64,000 bases of DNA, from the NCBI GenBank assembly GCA_964409875.1, contig CAYPEN010000002.1:210630-274629 (forward strand), in the 5' to 3' direction. Under the pieces are notes generated by a model, which did no database searches, was not told the DNA's origin, and saw only the letters and a program-made list of their open reading frames with translations. A program made the position numbers and the translations under genes. Shown one piece after another: positions 47,937 through 57,600 of this stretch. The stretch comes from an uncultured Gammaproteobacteria bacterium. GTDB lineage: Bacteria > Patescibacteriota > Microgenomatia > Levybacterales > GWA1-39-11. Position 1 is the stretch's first letter, and each line of letters opens with the position of its first letter.

Positions 47937-49925
47937 ATGCCAGATCCAACACGACTTGAGAGACCGATGTCTGCTGCTGAGGCACAATTTGGTGGTGCCG
48001 GAAGAACATTGACTCCCGAGCAGCAGCAGTCGTGGGAGGCCGGTCAAAGAATTCAAAGAAAACGGGCAGAGAATACCAGTGAGCAATCTGTCCTTGAGAG
48101 TTTTGTTCCCCACCCACCGCCTACAGAAGCACGCGTAAGACACGTTAATAATGAGAATATTGGTACCACCAGAAAAGGGGGAAGCGGGCCGGATGCAGGA
48201 GAGAAAAAATATACAGGCAGAGGTGAGCAGCGTTCGCGAGAGTATAGGGAGAAGGCGGATAAATTTGCAGGACTTTCACAAGAGCTTCTTGCAAAAGGAC
48301 TCGACAAATTAGAAGATTCCCCCGGCTTTACCGCAGCCCAAAAAAAAGAATTCCTAACAAACGAAATGCTTGAAGCCTCAAAGTCCTGGCCGCTTGCGCG
48401 CGGCGTATTGGAATCCTACGGTCCTTATGGTGATCCCGCTGCTGATGCTGCAAGGAATGCATTAATGGAGAAAATGCTTCAAGACCCAAATTTTCTGAAA
48501 AAGCTCGCCAACCATTTTGGTGAAATTTACGATGGAGATGGAGCCTTATTGAAAGAAGTCGTCGCAGAAGCTCAAGAAGAATTTGAGAAAGCAAAGGCGA
48601 AAAAAGAGGCTAAGGAAAAAGAATTGGCCGAAGTTGATGCTAGGTTGGCTGTTTTAGATGTTGCGCACACTAAATATCAACCAGGCGGGGTTGATTATAT
48701 AAGGATTGAAGCTTTGCGTACGCAATCGGCAACATGGCCAGCTGATATCGACAATGCAAATGTTGAAATAAATAGACTTAATTCGGAAATGGCTCGGTTA
48801 AGACCTCAGCAGTTTAAAAGAAGGGTCGTTCCGGACTACGATAATACCGTTACTCCTCCAGTTAGGATCGGGTCGCATGAAGAGACAGTTGAAGATACAG
48901 CGGTGACTGGTACCCTGACAACTCTTCGAAGCGAGCTAGAAACACAGCAACGGATCTTAAGAGATATTAAAGAAAAACAGGCGAAACTGGAGGCCTATAC
49001 TGGAGAATCATCGAAGATTGACCAGGAGAGAAATGAGTTACGACAAAAACAGGCACAACTACAGGGAGAAGTCGGAGAACTAGATGTAGAATACCAGATG
49101 GCAGAGGGAAAGTTTAATGCCCAAAAAGCCCTCAGGAGGGCAGAAGAAGAGGAATTTGTGAATAAAATTCAGGGAATGGTAAGAGAGGCCGGAAGACAAT
49201 ATGTCAAAGAAGATGCAAGGCAAAACGAGGCTGCACAAAAAAAGCTTATTGAAAAAGCTATATCTGATGCAAATGATAGAGATGAAAAGCAGCTTCAAAC
49301 ATGTATGAACGAAAATTGGAGGAGGACTAAGCAGGTGGGTGTCGTTCGCACGCGTAATGTCGAGGAGGTTAACAAGGAAGTTGTCCGTTCGACCTATGAA
49401 CGTGCGATTCAGGAACGCGGCATGGACTGGTATGTAAGAAATTCTATGGAAACCCATCTCAACACGCTTACGCCGGGTAGCCCTGAGTACATCGAAGAAA
49501 GGGCGCGGCTTGATAGTAAATTTGCTGACAAAGAATTTATGAAAAAGATGAATGCTATGGCTATGGAGCGGCTCTTTAAGAATTATCTTGAGAGCGGTGG
49601 AAAGTTGAAGCGGGAAGATGTTTCGATATTGACCGAAACCGAAGGAGGGCTTGGAGCGGTTGATAGAGCTCTTGATGCTAACAAGGCGGTGAGTGCAGCT
49701 ATAGAAAAGCTTAAGGGAGAAAAGGGCTTTAGCGGATCGAACAGAGAATTTATCACGCGTATCGCAAAAGACAAGAGGACGCACGGGGCGCTTGCCGGAC
49801 TTCTGGCAGCTCTTTTTGCAGCTCCATTTGCCATATCAGGCCTTACTGTTGGGGCGGCGTTATATGAAAAAGGTGCTGAGCTTGCATGGAGTGGTTCAGG
49901 AGCGCTGGCGGCAGCTATCAACTAA
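47937..49925 (+). CDS. large coiled-coil protein with C-terminal hydrophobic anchor
   Basis: 662 aa. Extensive heptad-like charged repeats. C-terminal 'ALAGLLAALFAAPFAISGLTVGAALY'. Confidence 0.45.
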   Translation: MPDPTRLERPMSAAEAQFGGAGRTLTPEQQQSWEAGQRIQRKRAENTSEQSVLESFVPHPPPTEARVRHVNNENIGTTRKGGSGPDAGEKKYTGRGEQRSREYREKADKFAGLSQELLAKGLDKLEDSPGFTAAQKKEFLTNEMLEASKSWPLARGVLESYGPYGDPAADAARNALMEKMLQDPNFLKKLANHFGEIYDGDGALLKEVVAEAQEEFEKAKAKKEAKEKELAEVDARLAVLDVAHTKYQPGGVDYIRIEALRTQSATWPADIDNANVEINRLNSEMARLRPQQFKRRVVPDYDNTVTPPVRIGSHEETVEDTAVTGTLTTLRSELETQQRILRDIKEKQAKLEAYTGESSKIDQERNELRQKQAQLQGEVGELDVEYQMAEGKFNAQKALRRAEEEEFVNKIQGMVREAGRQYVKEDARQNEAAQKKLIEKAISDANDRDEKQLQTCMNENWRRTKQVGVVRTRNVEEVNKEVVRSTYERAIQERGMDWYVRNSMETHLNTLTPGSPEYIEERARLDSKFADKEFMKKMNAMAMERLFKNYLESGGKLKREDVSILTETEGGLGAVDRALDANKAVSAAIEKLKGEKGFSGSNREFITRIAKDKRTHGALAGLLAALFAAPFAISGLTVGAALYEKGAELAWSGSGALAAAIN

Positions 49926-49935
49926 GGTGTCTACC

Positions 49936-50631
49936 ATGCCCTGGGTATTTTTTCTCATAGAATTTCTTACTCTCTTTTTTACCTCCCGTTTTCTTTTTAA
50001 ATCATTTTATGCGCTTTTATATTTTGTGTTCCGAAGTAAGCGCATAGCAGTTGTTCTACTCTCTGCATTTTTCCTCCCCGGAGTCTTTATCCATGAATTG
50101 GCGCATCTTATTGTTGCAGAGCTTGTAAGAGTAAAAACGCATGGAATTGAATTTGTGCCGGAACTAACCGGTACTTCGTTAAAAATGGGGAGCGTAAGAG
50201 TGGAGAAGAGCGATGTTTTTAGAAATCTTTTTATAGGTATTGCCCCTATTATTGTCGGCATTTTAATACTGACATTGTCGATGTATGGCATGAGCCGGAT
50301 GTTTTCGTATTCCCAAATCTTCTCATCCCCCTTGTCTTTTGTGATAACGGTTCTGATAGGGTATGTAGTTTTTGTAATAACAAACACGATGTTTTCAAGC
50401 AGAAAAGATGTCGAGGGAGCAGTCGAGCTTTTTCTTGGGGTGGCAATTATTGTCGGAGCGCTATACCTTATGGGGCTCACACCGCACACATGGATTGTAA
50501 AAACGGCAGGACAAAAACAAGTAGTTAGCTTTGTGCAGCAAGTCGTATGGCTTCTTACAGTTCCTGTCGGGATAAATATTGCCGTTGTAATAGGGGCATA
50601 CCCTCTACTGAAAAAGCTTCGTCTTGCTTAG
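49936..50631 (+). CDS. polytopic membrane protein with HExxH motif (putative zinc metalloprotease)
   Basis: 'FIHELAHLIVAEL' lies inside a TM segment. Start at the internal ATG 49936 (the track ORF starts at 49792, overlapping the previous gene). Confidence 0.35.
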   Translation: MPWVFFLIEFLTLFFTSRFLFKSFYALLYFVFRSKRIAVVLLSAFFLPGVFIHELAHLIVAELVRVKTHGIEFVPELTGTSLKMGSVRVEKSDVFRNLFIGIAPIIVGILILTLSMYGMSRMFSYSQIFSSPLSFVITVLIGYVVFVITNTMFSSRKDVEGAVELFLGVAIIVGALYLMGLTPHTWIVKTAGQKQVVSFVQQVVWLLTVPVGINIAVVIGAYPLLKKLRLA

Positions 50632-50632
50632 G

Positions 50633-50929
50633 CTACAATGAAGGATTTGCTATTTGACTGACTCCGGTGAGGGTTGAGATAAGATTTACTATGAAGAATG
50701 AAAGGAAGATGAGTACGAGCCCGACAACGGCCCAGGTAATGGTTTTTTTTGCGCTATCAATCTTTGCCTGGTCACCTTTTGACATGATATATTGTGCCCC
50801 TCCCCAGATAATAAGGACCAATGCGACGACACCTGAAAAAACGAGCGCAGCATTAATGACGTTGTGAATTACGATTGGAATGCATCCGAGTGTTGCAACA
50901 TCGCCGTTTTCGAGGCATTTATCCCACAT
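50633..50929 (-). CDS. T4SS pilin-like (VirB2/TrbC-like) small membrane protein, paralogue 1
   Basis: 98 aa. Two TM helices flanking 'IWGGAQYIMSKGDQAKIDSAKKTITWAVVGLVLIFLSFFIVNLI'. This motif is shared with the next three genes. Confidence 0.5.
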   Translation of the reverse strand: MWDKCLENGDVATLGCIPIVIHNVINAALVFSGVVALVLIIWGGAQYIMSKGDQAKIDSAKKTITWAVVGLVLIFLSFFIVNLISTLTGVSQIANPSL

Positions 50930-50936
50930 ATATGTT

Positions 50937-51350
50937 TTATGAGCCGGTTAAGGTAGGAAGTTGTAGGTTAAAGAGGCTCAGGTTGAAGAGCCCAAGGATG
51001 AGGTTGAGAATAAAGAACGCCAGAAAAACAATAATAAGTCCGATAATAGCAGCAATGATTTGGTTTCTGGCAGCTTCAACTCCGCCTTTGTCTCCTCCTG
51101 ATGTTATCCATTTGATGCCTCCCCAGATAAGAAAGAGGAGTGCAACAAGAACCGCGATAACAAAAACAATAGTAATAACAAATCCCAAAACGGAACCAAG
51201 GCTTAGGCCTTTTCCAGCACATGCAGCTTTTAAAGCGCCACTATTTGCGTTGGGGCTTTGGCATGGATCCAGCGAGTCTGCTGCATAAAGATATGGCGCG
51301 GTTGCAAGGAATAGGTAGGAAGCGGATGCTACTGCAGCGAGTTTTTTCAT
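50937..51350 (-). CDS. T4SS pilin-like protein, paralogue 2 (signal peptide)
   Basis: 137 aa, 'LIWGGIKWITSGGDKGGVEAARNQIIAAIIGLIIVFLAFFILNLI'. Confidence 0.5.
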   Translation of the reverse strand: MKKLAAVASASYLFLATAPYLYAADSLDPCQSPNANSGALKAACAGKGLSLGSVLGFVITIVFVIAVLVALLFLIWGGIKWITSGGDKGGVEAARNQIIAAIIGLIIVFLAFFILNLILGLFNLSLFNLQLPTLTGS

Positions 51351-51398
51351 ATCTTATTTATTGTTATCAGGTTTGTTTTCCCTTGTCAAGTACAAGGC

Positions 51399-51731
51399 TT
51401 AGCCAAGCGACAAATTAAATAAGTCAACTTTAAAGACTTGTCCTAAAAAGTTTATTACAAAAAAAGCAAGGAAGCAGATAAGAAGCCCGAAAAGAGCGTA
51501 AATAATGGTGCGCCTTGAGCTTTCAATCTTTTGTTTGTCTCCCTCCGACCATATCCACGTAAGAGCGCCCCACACAATGAATCCAAGCGAGAGAATAATG
51601 GCTGCAATAAGAATAAGAGCCAGCCCAAATCCGATTATTTTTCCTCCGCTTCCGGAAAGTCCTTCGGTCGGAATACCGGAGGGGGCGGGAACGGGAGTTC
51701 CATTAATGGAAAGTGAAAGTAATTGTTTCAT
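51399..51731 (-). CDS. T4SS pilin-like protein, paralogue 3
   Basis: 110 aa, 'IVWGALTWIWSEGDKQKIESSRRTIIYALFGLLICFLAFFVINFL'. Confidence 0.5.
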   Translation of the reverse strand: MKQLLSLSINGTPVPAPSGIPTEGLSGSGGKIIGFGLALILIAAIILSLGFIVWGALTWIWSEGDKQKIESSRRTIIYALFGLLICFLAFFVINFLGQVFKVDLFNLSLG

Positions 51732-51776
51732 GGTTAATGGCTAATAGTTGATAAATTGTTAATCATTAACTATTTT

Positions 51777-53234
51777 TTACCCGAAGCCCGGGATCTTTAA
51801 GATATCGACTCCTATTATCGATAGTATCACATAGGCAAAAATGATGAAAGCAAGGCCGATGATTGCAGAAGTAAGTTGCGAACGGGCTTGGGAAATAATC
51901 TCCTTGTCACCTCTGGAGTACATGAATTTATAGGCGGCACGGATAATAATTGCCATTGCGGCAATTCCGGCAAACGACAACACAATAGTATATAGGCTCT
52001 TTATAAATGAAAGAGGGTCAAGTGGAATTTTTCCGAGAAGCGCGACATTGAATGCTTTGCAATTCCCAGTGTCTTCATCTATTTCACCAGCGGCACAGGG
52101 AATGGGAGGGACAGGTGGAACCTTGTCGATATCTTCACGGTCTGAATTGTTAGGGTCATAAACTACCTTCAGAATTTTCAATTCCTTTTTCTTCGAGAGA
52201 ATTTGGAAATAAATTTGCATGTAGGTGTATCCTCCCTCACAATTGTTTCCAATTCCAAATGGCCTGTTGTCACTTACTCTCTCGTTTATTTTTGCAACGT
52301 ATGTGCCGCTACTAAGTCCTCCGTTTGATTTATCTTTCCCCCGGCCGTATGTATTTACAGCCCCCAACTCATCTGCCCGTTTTGTAACGGAGTAACCGGT
52401 CCCGTCAAGTATGTGCTCGGGGTGGGGCTTTTGTCCGATATCTGCATACCATTGGGTGTTAATTCCAACGGTCAAATTTTGTGTCCACCAATCTTTTTCA
52501 GGAACCGTATAGCAATGTTCCTTTTTGTAACCATTGTCTGTTCCCTCGACGACCACTTGATAATTATTTTTGTTGTCGCCTCCGGGACGCCTTCCCCAAA
52601 GTGTTATTGCGACGGGTTGGCTGGTAACGTCTGAAGAGTTAAGGCGCACAAGCGGATAGGAGTGTGCAACGAAAAACTTTGCAGCAACAATTTCTCCTCC
52701 GTCTTTTCCGGGGTCAGGCCTATCAGACTTATCATCATAGTCAGCATACAGGCTTAGTTTGTATACATGGCCTTCATGGAAGTAGTCGCGTGATTCCTTG
52801 CATTTTTCTTTTAATTTCCCACCTACTTGGTCTGTTGATTTGAAACCTTGCACTTGCACTCCTTTTGCTGTTTCTTGTCCGTTGCCGCATACACTAAGTG
52901 TTATAGAGCCGTCCGATCCGGGCTTGAAATGGTTGCTGCAGCTGTCTTTTTCGTAACCGCTGCAGATGGAGTACTGTGTGCCGGGGTCAAGGTTAGTAAA
53001 TTGCACCCATACAATGCGGGTATTCCCGTCAATTCTTGTCTCCGGGTGGTTGTAGAGGTCATACAAAAGTTCGGGGTTGTCGCCAACAGGCAGGTCATTG
53101 AGCTTGTAGGAAATGGAGCTAGGCGAAGGCGGGGTTGTGGGAGCTGGGGTAGGTGTTTCTTGAGCTAAGACAACACTAGTAAAAGAGGAGGTAAATTGTA
53201 AGAACAAAAGAAATACGGCAATAAATCGTTTCAT
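51777..53234 (-). CDS. large secreted Cys-containing protein with C-terminal pilin-like module (adhesin-pilin fusion)
   Basis: 485 aa. Signal peptide. About 390-residue extracellular region with multiple Cys. C-terminus 'AAYKFMYSRGDKEIISQARSQLTSAIIGLAFIIFAYVILSII' matches the paralogue motif. Confidence 0.5.
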   Translation of the reverse strand: MKRFIAVFLLFLQFTSSFTSVVLAQETPTPAPTTPPSPSSISYKLNDLPVGDNPELLYDLYNHPETRIDGNTRIVWVQFTNLDPGTQYSICSGYEKDSCSNHFKPGSDGSITLSVCGNGQETAKGVQVQGFKSTDQVGGKLKEKCKESRDYFHEGHVYKLSLYADYDDKSDRPDPGKDGGEIVAAKFFVAHSYPLVRLNSSDVTSQPVAITLWGRRPGGDNKNNYQVVVEGTDNGYKKEHCYTVPEKDWWTQNLTVGINTQWYADIGQKPHPEHILDGTGYSVTKRADELGAVNTYGRGKDKSNGGLSSGTYVAKINERVSDNRPFGIGNNCEGGYTYMQIYFQILSKKKELKILKVVYDPNNSDREDIDKVPPVPPIPCAAGEIDEDTGNCKAFNVALLGKIPLDPLSFIKSLYTIVLSFAGIAAMAIIIRAAYKFMYSRGDKEIISQARSQLTSAIIGLAFIIFAYVILSIIGVDILKIPGFG

Positions 53235-53270
53235 GTATTAATCGTAGCCAAAAACGGGATACTTTGCAAT

Positions 53271-54593
53271 TTAATCCTCGAATTTATATCCGCGGCCCTT
53301 GAGGGTTTGGATGTAGTGCGGGTGATTGGGGTCTGCTTCAATTTTCTTCCTGAGCCTGTAGATTATTTGGTCAAGCGCCTGGTCGGTTACCCCTTCTTGG
53401 GTCTTCGTGTCTTTCCAGGTGGCTGTTATAATTTCATCCTTTGTGCAAATGCGTCCTTTGTTTTCAAGTAAGAAAAGTAATAGTCTAAATTCGGAAGGGG
53501 AGAGAAGGTCAGATATAGGCTGTCCTCCTTTTGTGATTTCGTTGGTGTTGGGGTCTATTTCAATTTTTTCCGTTGTTGATATGGAAAGGTTGTTGATGAA
53601 CTCTGATAAAAGGCCAATTTGAATAACCCCGTCTTTTATGAGGCCGGAGTACGTCAAAAATTCAGGAATTGGCTCCTGAGTTTTCTTTGTCAAAAATAAC
53701 TTGAGAAAAAGCTGCTCTGAAGGGAGAAGGCTTAGCCAAATTTCGTACAATGCTCCTTGTACTGCTGTTTTTTTAAGGAGGAAAGAAGAAAGTATTCCCT
53801 GAGGTATTTCGCTCAATATAGCCTCGTATGAGGCCCGTGTTAATTTGCCGTGCCCTCCGGTAAGTGCAATAAGCTCTTTTTTGAGCGCTTCATCGGCTTT
53901 TTTCCCTGTCGTTTTCTCCAAGTACGAAAGCCGGAATTCCATGCCAGTCTTGTCATACAGGTTGACGTACACAAAGTTGCCGACGACAAAATCATAAAAA
54001 TCAGAAAAAAGAGTTGGTTCCAAAAGCTCCTCAAGGGGTCTTCCGACAGCAAAAATACATGAAAACCTATATTTTGCCCTGTTTCTTAATATCTTTAAAT
54101 TGTTGAAAAACTGACTTGTCACTTCGGGAATATAGTCATGGAAACGGTCAAGAGAAAAAACGACCGTCAGTTCTTTTTCTTCACAGAGAAAATCAATACT
54201 TTGCTTGAGTGCTTGAAAAAGGATGAGCTCGTCATGAAAAGGAAGAGCTTCTTTAGTAAATGTATTAATCCGTTCTGCCTCTTCAACAAGTCCTCTTTCG
54301 TTAAGCGAGTATGAAAGGGAAATGAGGAAAAATTTTGTGGTATCAAGAAGCGTTCTTTCTTTTAGCTCCGAGCAATCAAGGTAGACGAAGTGAACATATG
54401 GTTCAAGCTCTTTTAGGTTATGAAGGCGAACCTCTTTGTTATAAGAAAGAAGGTTGAGGATATTGTTTTTTCCACCCCCGGGAAGCCCGATTAGTTGCAT
54501 AGAAAGGCCTTTTTTGATGAAAGGGACCAGGGAGGAAATTTCATGCTCGCGGGTTGTTGGTGGATAGAGGCTTTCAAAATGTTTGACTTGCAT
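53271..54593 (-). CDS. transcriptional regulator: N-terminal AAA/ORC-like NTPase domain plus C-terminal OmpR/PhoB-type winged helix
   Basis: 440 aa. P-loop-like 'LIGLPGGGKNNILNLL'. C-terminus 'LLSPSEFRLLLFLLENKGRICTKDEIITATWKD...ALDQIIYRLRKKIE...IQTLKGRGYKF' is a clear trans_reg_C signature. Confidence 0.6.
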   Translation of the reverse strand: MQVKHFESLYPPTTREHEISSLVPFIKKGLSMQLIGLPGGGKNNILNLLSYNKEVRLHNLKELEPYVHFVYLDCSELKERTLLDTTKFFLISLSYSLNERGLVEEAERINTFTKEALPFHDELILFQALKQSIDFLCEEKELTVVFSLDRFHDYIPEVTSQFFNNLKILRNRAKYRFSCIFAVGRPLEELLEPTLFSDFYDFVVGNFVYVNLYDKTGMEFRLSYLEKTTGKKADEALKKELIALTGGHGKLTRASYEAILSEIPQGILSSFLLKKTAVQGALYEIWLSLLPSEQLFLKLFLTKKTQEPIPEFLTYSGLIKDGVIQIGLLSEFINNLSISTTEKIEIDPNTNEITKGGQPISDLLSPSEFRLLLFLLENKGRICTKDEIITATWKDTKTQEGVTDQALDQIIYRLRKKIEADPNHPHYIQTLKGRGYKFED

Positions 54594-54699
54594 ATATCAA
54601 TTGTACCTCAAATGAGGCCTCTTTTGTTGATGTTTTGTGAGCATTTTGTAAGGCAAACGTCAAGGTGAGAGGCGTCTTCTTTATTACAATTAGCGCACT

Positions 54700-57600
54700 A
54701 TGTCAGAACAAGAATATTCCTATCTTTCTTCTCAAAACGAGGCTGCATTGACAAAGAAAACGGTGAACCGTACACTGAAGAGTACAGCAAGTCCCCGTAT
54801 GGAAGAAGATCAGGAAGATATAAAAAAGGTCACGAAAAAGATAAAGGATATTGTCCGGGAGAGACAGCGCCGTGGTATCAGTGCTGACCAAGCGGCTGCT
54901 TCAAAAACGGTGTGGGAGACGATGCTCGGAAGAAAACTTACCGAGCAGGAGTCAAAAACAACTGTTGAAAAAGGTTCCCCCCTGGGTCCTGAGAACGAGC
55001 CGACAAAAGAGGAGTTGGGAATTGTTGAGAAGATAGTCAAAAATCAGAAAAAGTACGAGGACCTTATTAGTTCTACCAAAACTTATACCCCCGAGCAGTT
55101 GCGCCAAACCTTTTCGGGAGATTTGGGGAAAATCGTCACTATTATGCTGACTGAGGGGGTGGTTGGTGAGGAGAGGTATTTACACGACCTCAATGAGACA
55201 ATTGCAAAAAAAGGGCCGCAGATGCACCAGGAGGTAGCCGATATTGTCAAGAAAATCGAGCAAGATGTAGCGGAGAGAAAAAAGCAGGAAGCATTGGAGG
55301 AGGAGAAGCGCATGAAACCTGAGGGGGTTGACCTTCGAAAAGAAAAGGTGCGGGAGGCATGGGATAAGCATTTGGAGGAAAAAAGGAAAAGGGGCGAGCA
55401 GATAACAGAAGAATATTTAAAGCGGGCTAACGAACAGATAGATAGGGGAATAATGCCAAACAATGGGCCGGAGGGTGGGTTTTCAACGTTTGATTATGAC
55501 AAGTATGACAATGTTGAGCTGCGGGTTTTAGGAATAGAGCTGCGTACCCTTGGAGAGACAAATCAGTTAGATGAGAAAGTAATCCAAAGGCAAATTGGAA
55601 GGCTGAACCGCTTACTCGCTGAAAGAAAAATTACCGAACAAGAATTCAATACATTTAGAGCAGATTTAGGAGGGAAATTACAACAATGGCTCGGCGAGCG
55701 AGAGAAGGGGCTTGGTGTTTCACCAGAGCTTAACAAGCAGGACAAAAGCCAGGCGGAAAACAATGCAAAGGAAAAATTGGAATCCGCCATTGCCTCAATT
55801 CGTGGTGACGAGGAAAAAGCACTATTTGAGCAAAAGAAGAGGGAAATTCTTACTGATGATCCTATCGACCTATTGATTACAGAGCACATAAAAGATACGG
55901 AGTTGGCAAATGAGATAAAAAGAGAGTGGCTCGGGCTTCAAGAGGTAGAGAATCCGGCGGAGTTTAAGGAGAGGACAAAAGCGCTCATTGAGAAAGTGCT
56001 GGCGATAAAGCCACCCGAGGAGGAGAAGGAGGGGTCATCAAAAAGTGACGCCGAACTTGCCGAAAAAGCGGAAAAAAAGGGATTGAAGTTCAACAGTATC
56101 TATCAGGAAGGGATTGAACAGGGATGGTTTGACCCGGACCTTTTGAGAACTGAGCCGCGAAGCATCGTGGACTTGGCCAAATGGATTATGATAACTGATG
56201 ATGCCCGCATTTGGGGACCAGAGGGAGACCATCCGCTTTTTATGGTAAAAAAAGTCGGTGTCCCAGAAAGAGATCCTGCAACCGGTGAGCAATTGAGAGA
56301 TAAAAACGATAAGCTCATATGGAAAGAACAAGCCGAGATCGAATTTCAGTCGGACAGTTTTATTATCTGGCTACGTAATAAGATGATTGAGCTGCATCTT
56401 GATAACTCAACCGACCCCATGAGTCCCCTCACACAAGTTGCGATACGTACGCTCTATAGCCCTGTCAATTTGATTTCAATGAAATACGACAAGCAGCGGT
56501 ACTTTTCAGACCCTAAAACGGGAGAGATTATGGATGACCTTTACAATGAAGTCATTCTTGAAGCCTGGCTTTTCGGCGTGAGGCGCAATAATGACCTTGC
56601 GTACCGTCAGGCAATGAATAGTGACGACAAGCTTTTTGAGACAATGGTTGGACTCAATTCCAAAAATGAGCACACAAATTCCACAAACGCTGCAGATTAT
56701 TACTCAATGGCCGATAAATATGTGAGAGGATACGATGAGAATGGGAGGGAAAGACAAAGGGATACGAAAGTTGGAGACGCTATTCTTTTATCAAACGCAT
56801 TATACCGGAATATTTCAGATATTGAAAAACTGCGTCAACTTCTGCCTTCTGATAGCCCACTTTTTACCCGCGAGGGGTGGGAAAATGCAGTACGGATAAT
56901 TCAAGGGAAGGGACAATGGGAGCAAGTTAACGAGTATGCCAACATGCGGTTCGATGCAAATAGGGTGTATGTAATTGACCCTGCAACCAAGCAAGAGCAG
57001 GTAATTTTTGACGAGAACGGAAAGCTTAACGAAGCAAATTTCATAAAATATCTCAACTTCTTTGTTTCACCAACCTCTCTTCAGACAAATGTCGCTCACG
57101 TTAGGGAGCTTGTAAAACTATCTATTGCCAAAGAAATCGGTCTTGATGACGGTCTTTCATATCCTCCCGACGAAGAAACATGGGATAAAGAGGAGCAGCA
57201 GGCAAAAAATGAGAGGCGAAGTATATCTATTAAAGGAAGACGGAATACAAAGCGCATCAATTTGGAATTTGCTGAAATCAATTCATATGTTGAGCAGCGG
57301 TGGAACGGGGCGGCCGCGCGCTCAGATACAAATGTAAGAGGGTATGACGCATGGACAAAAATGTTTGCGCAAAGATATAGGGAGAGACAGTCAGGAATTG
57401 ACACAATGGGGCCGATTGGGAACCCAAATGATATACCAATTCTTAAGCAGCTTGCACCCGATATGTGGCTTGCGCTAAAGACTGAGAATGGAGAAGTAGC
57501 TCAGGAAGTATTCGAGAAGATCTTGAGCGTTATTCCAAGACTATATAAAGAGGCAAAGACAGATGAGGAACGCGCTCAGGTGCAGGAGCTTCGCAATAAA

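Noticed and set aside
49936-50631. Assigning the HExxH membrane protein to the M50/site-2 protease family
   Set aside because: Only the HExxH-in-TM feature is visible. I could not find the second conserved LDG/Asp motif by eye. Kept as a generic putative metalloprotease.
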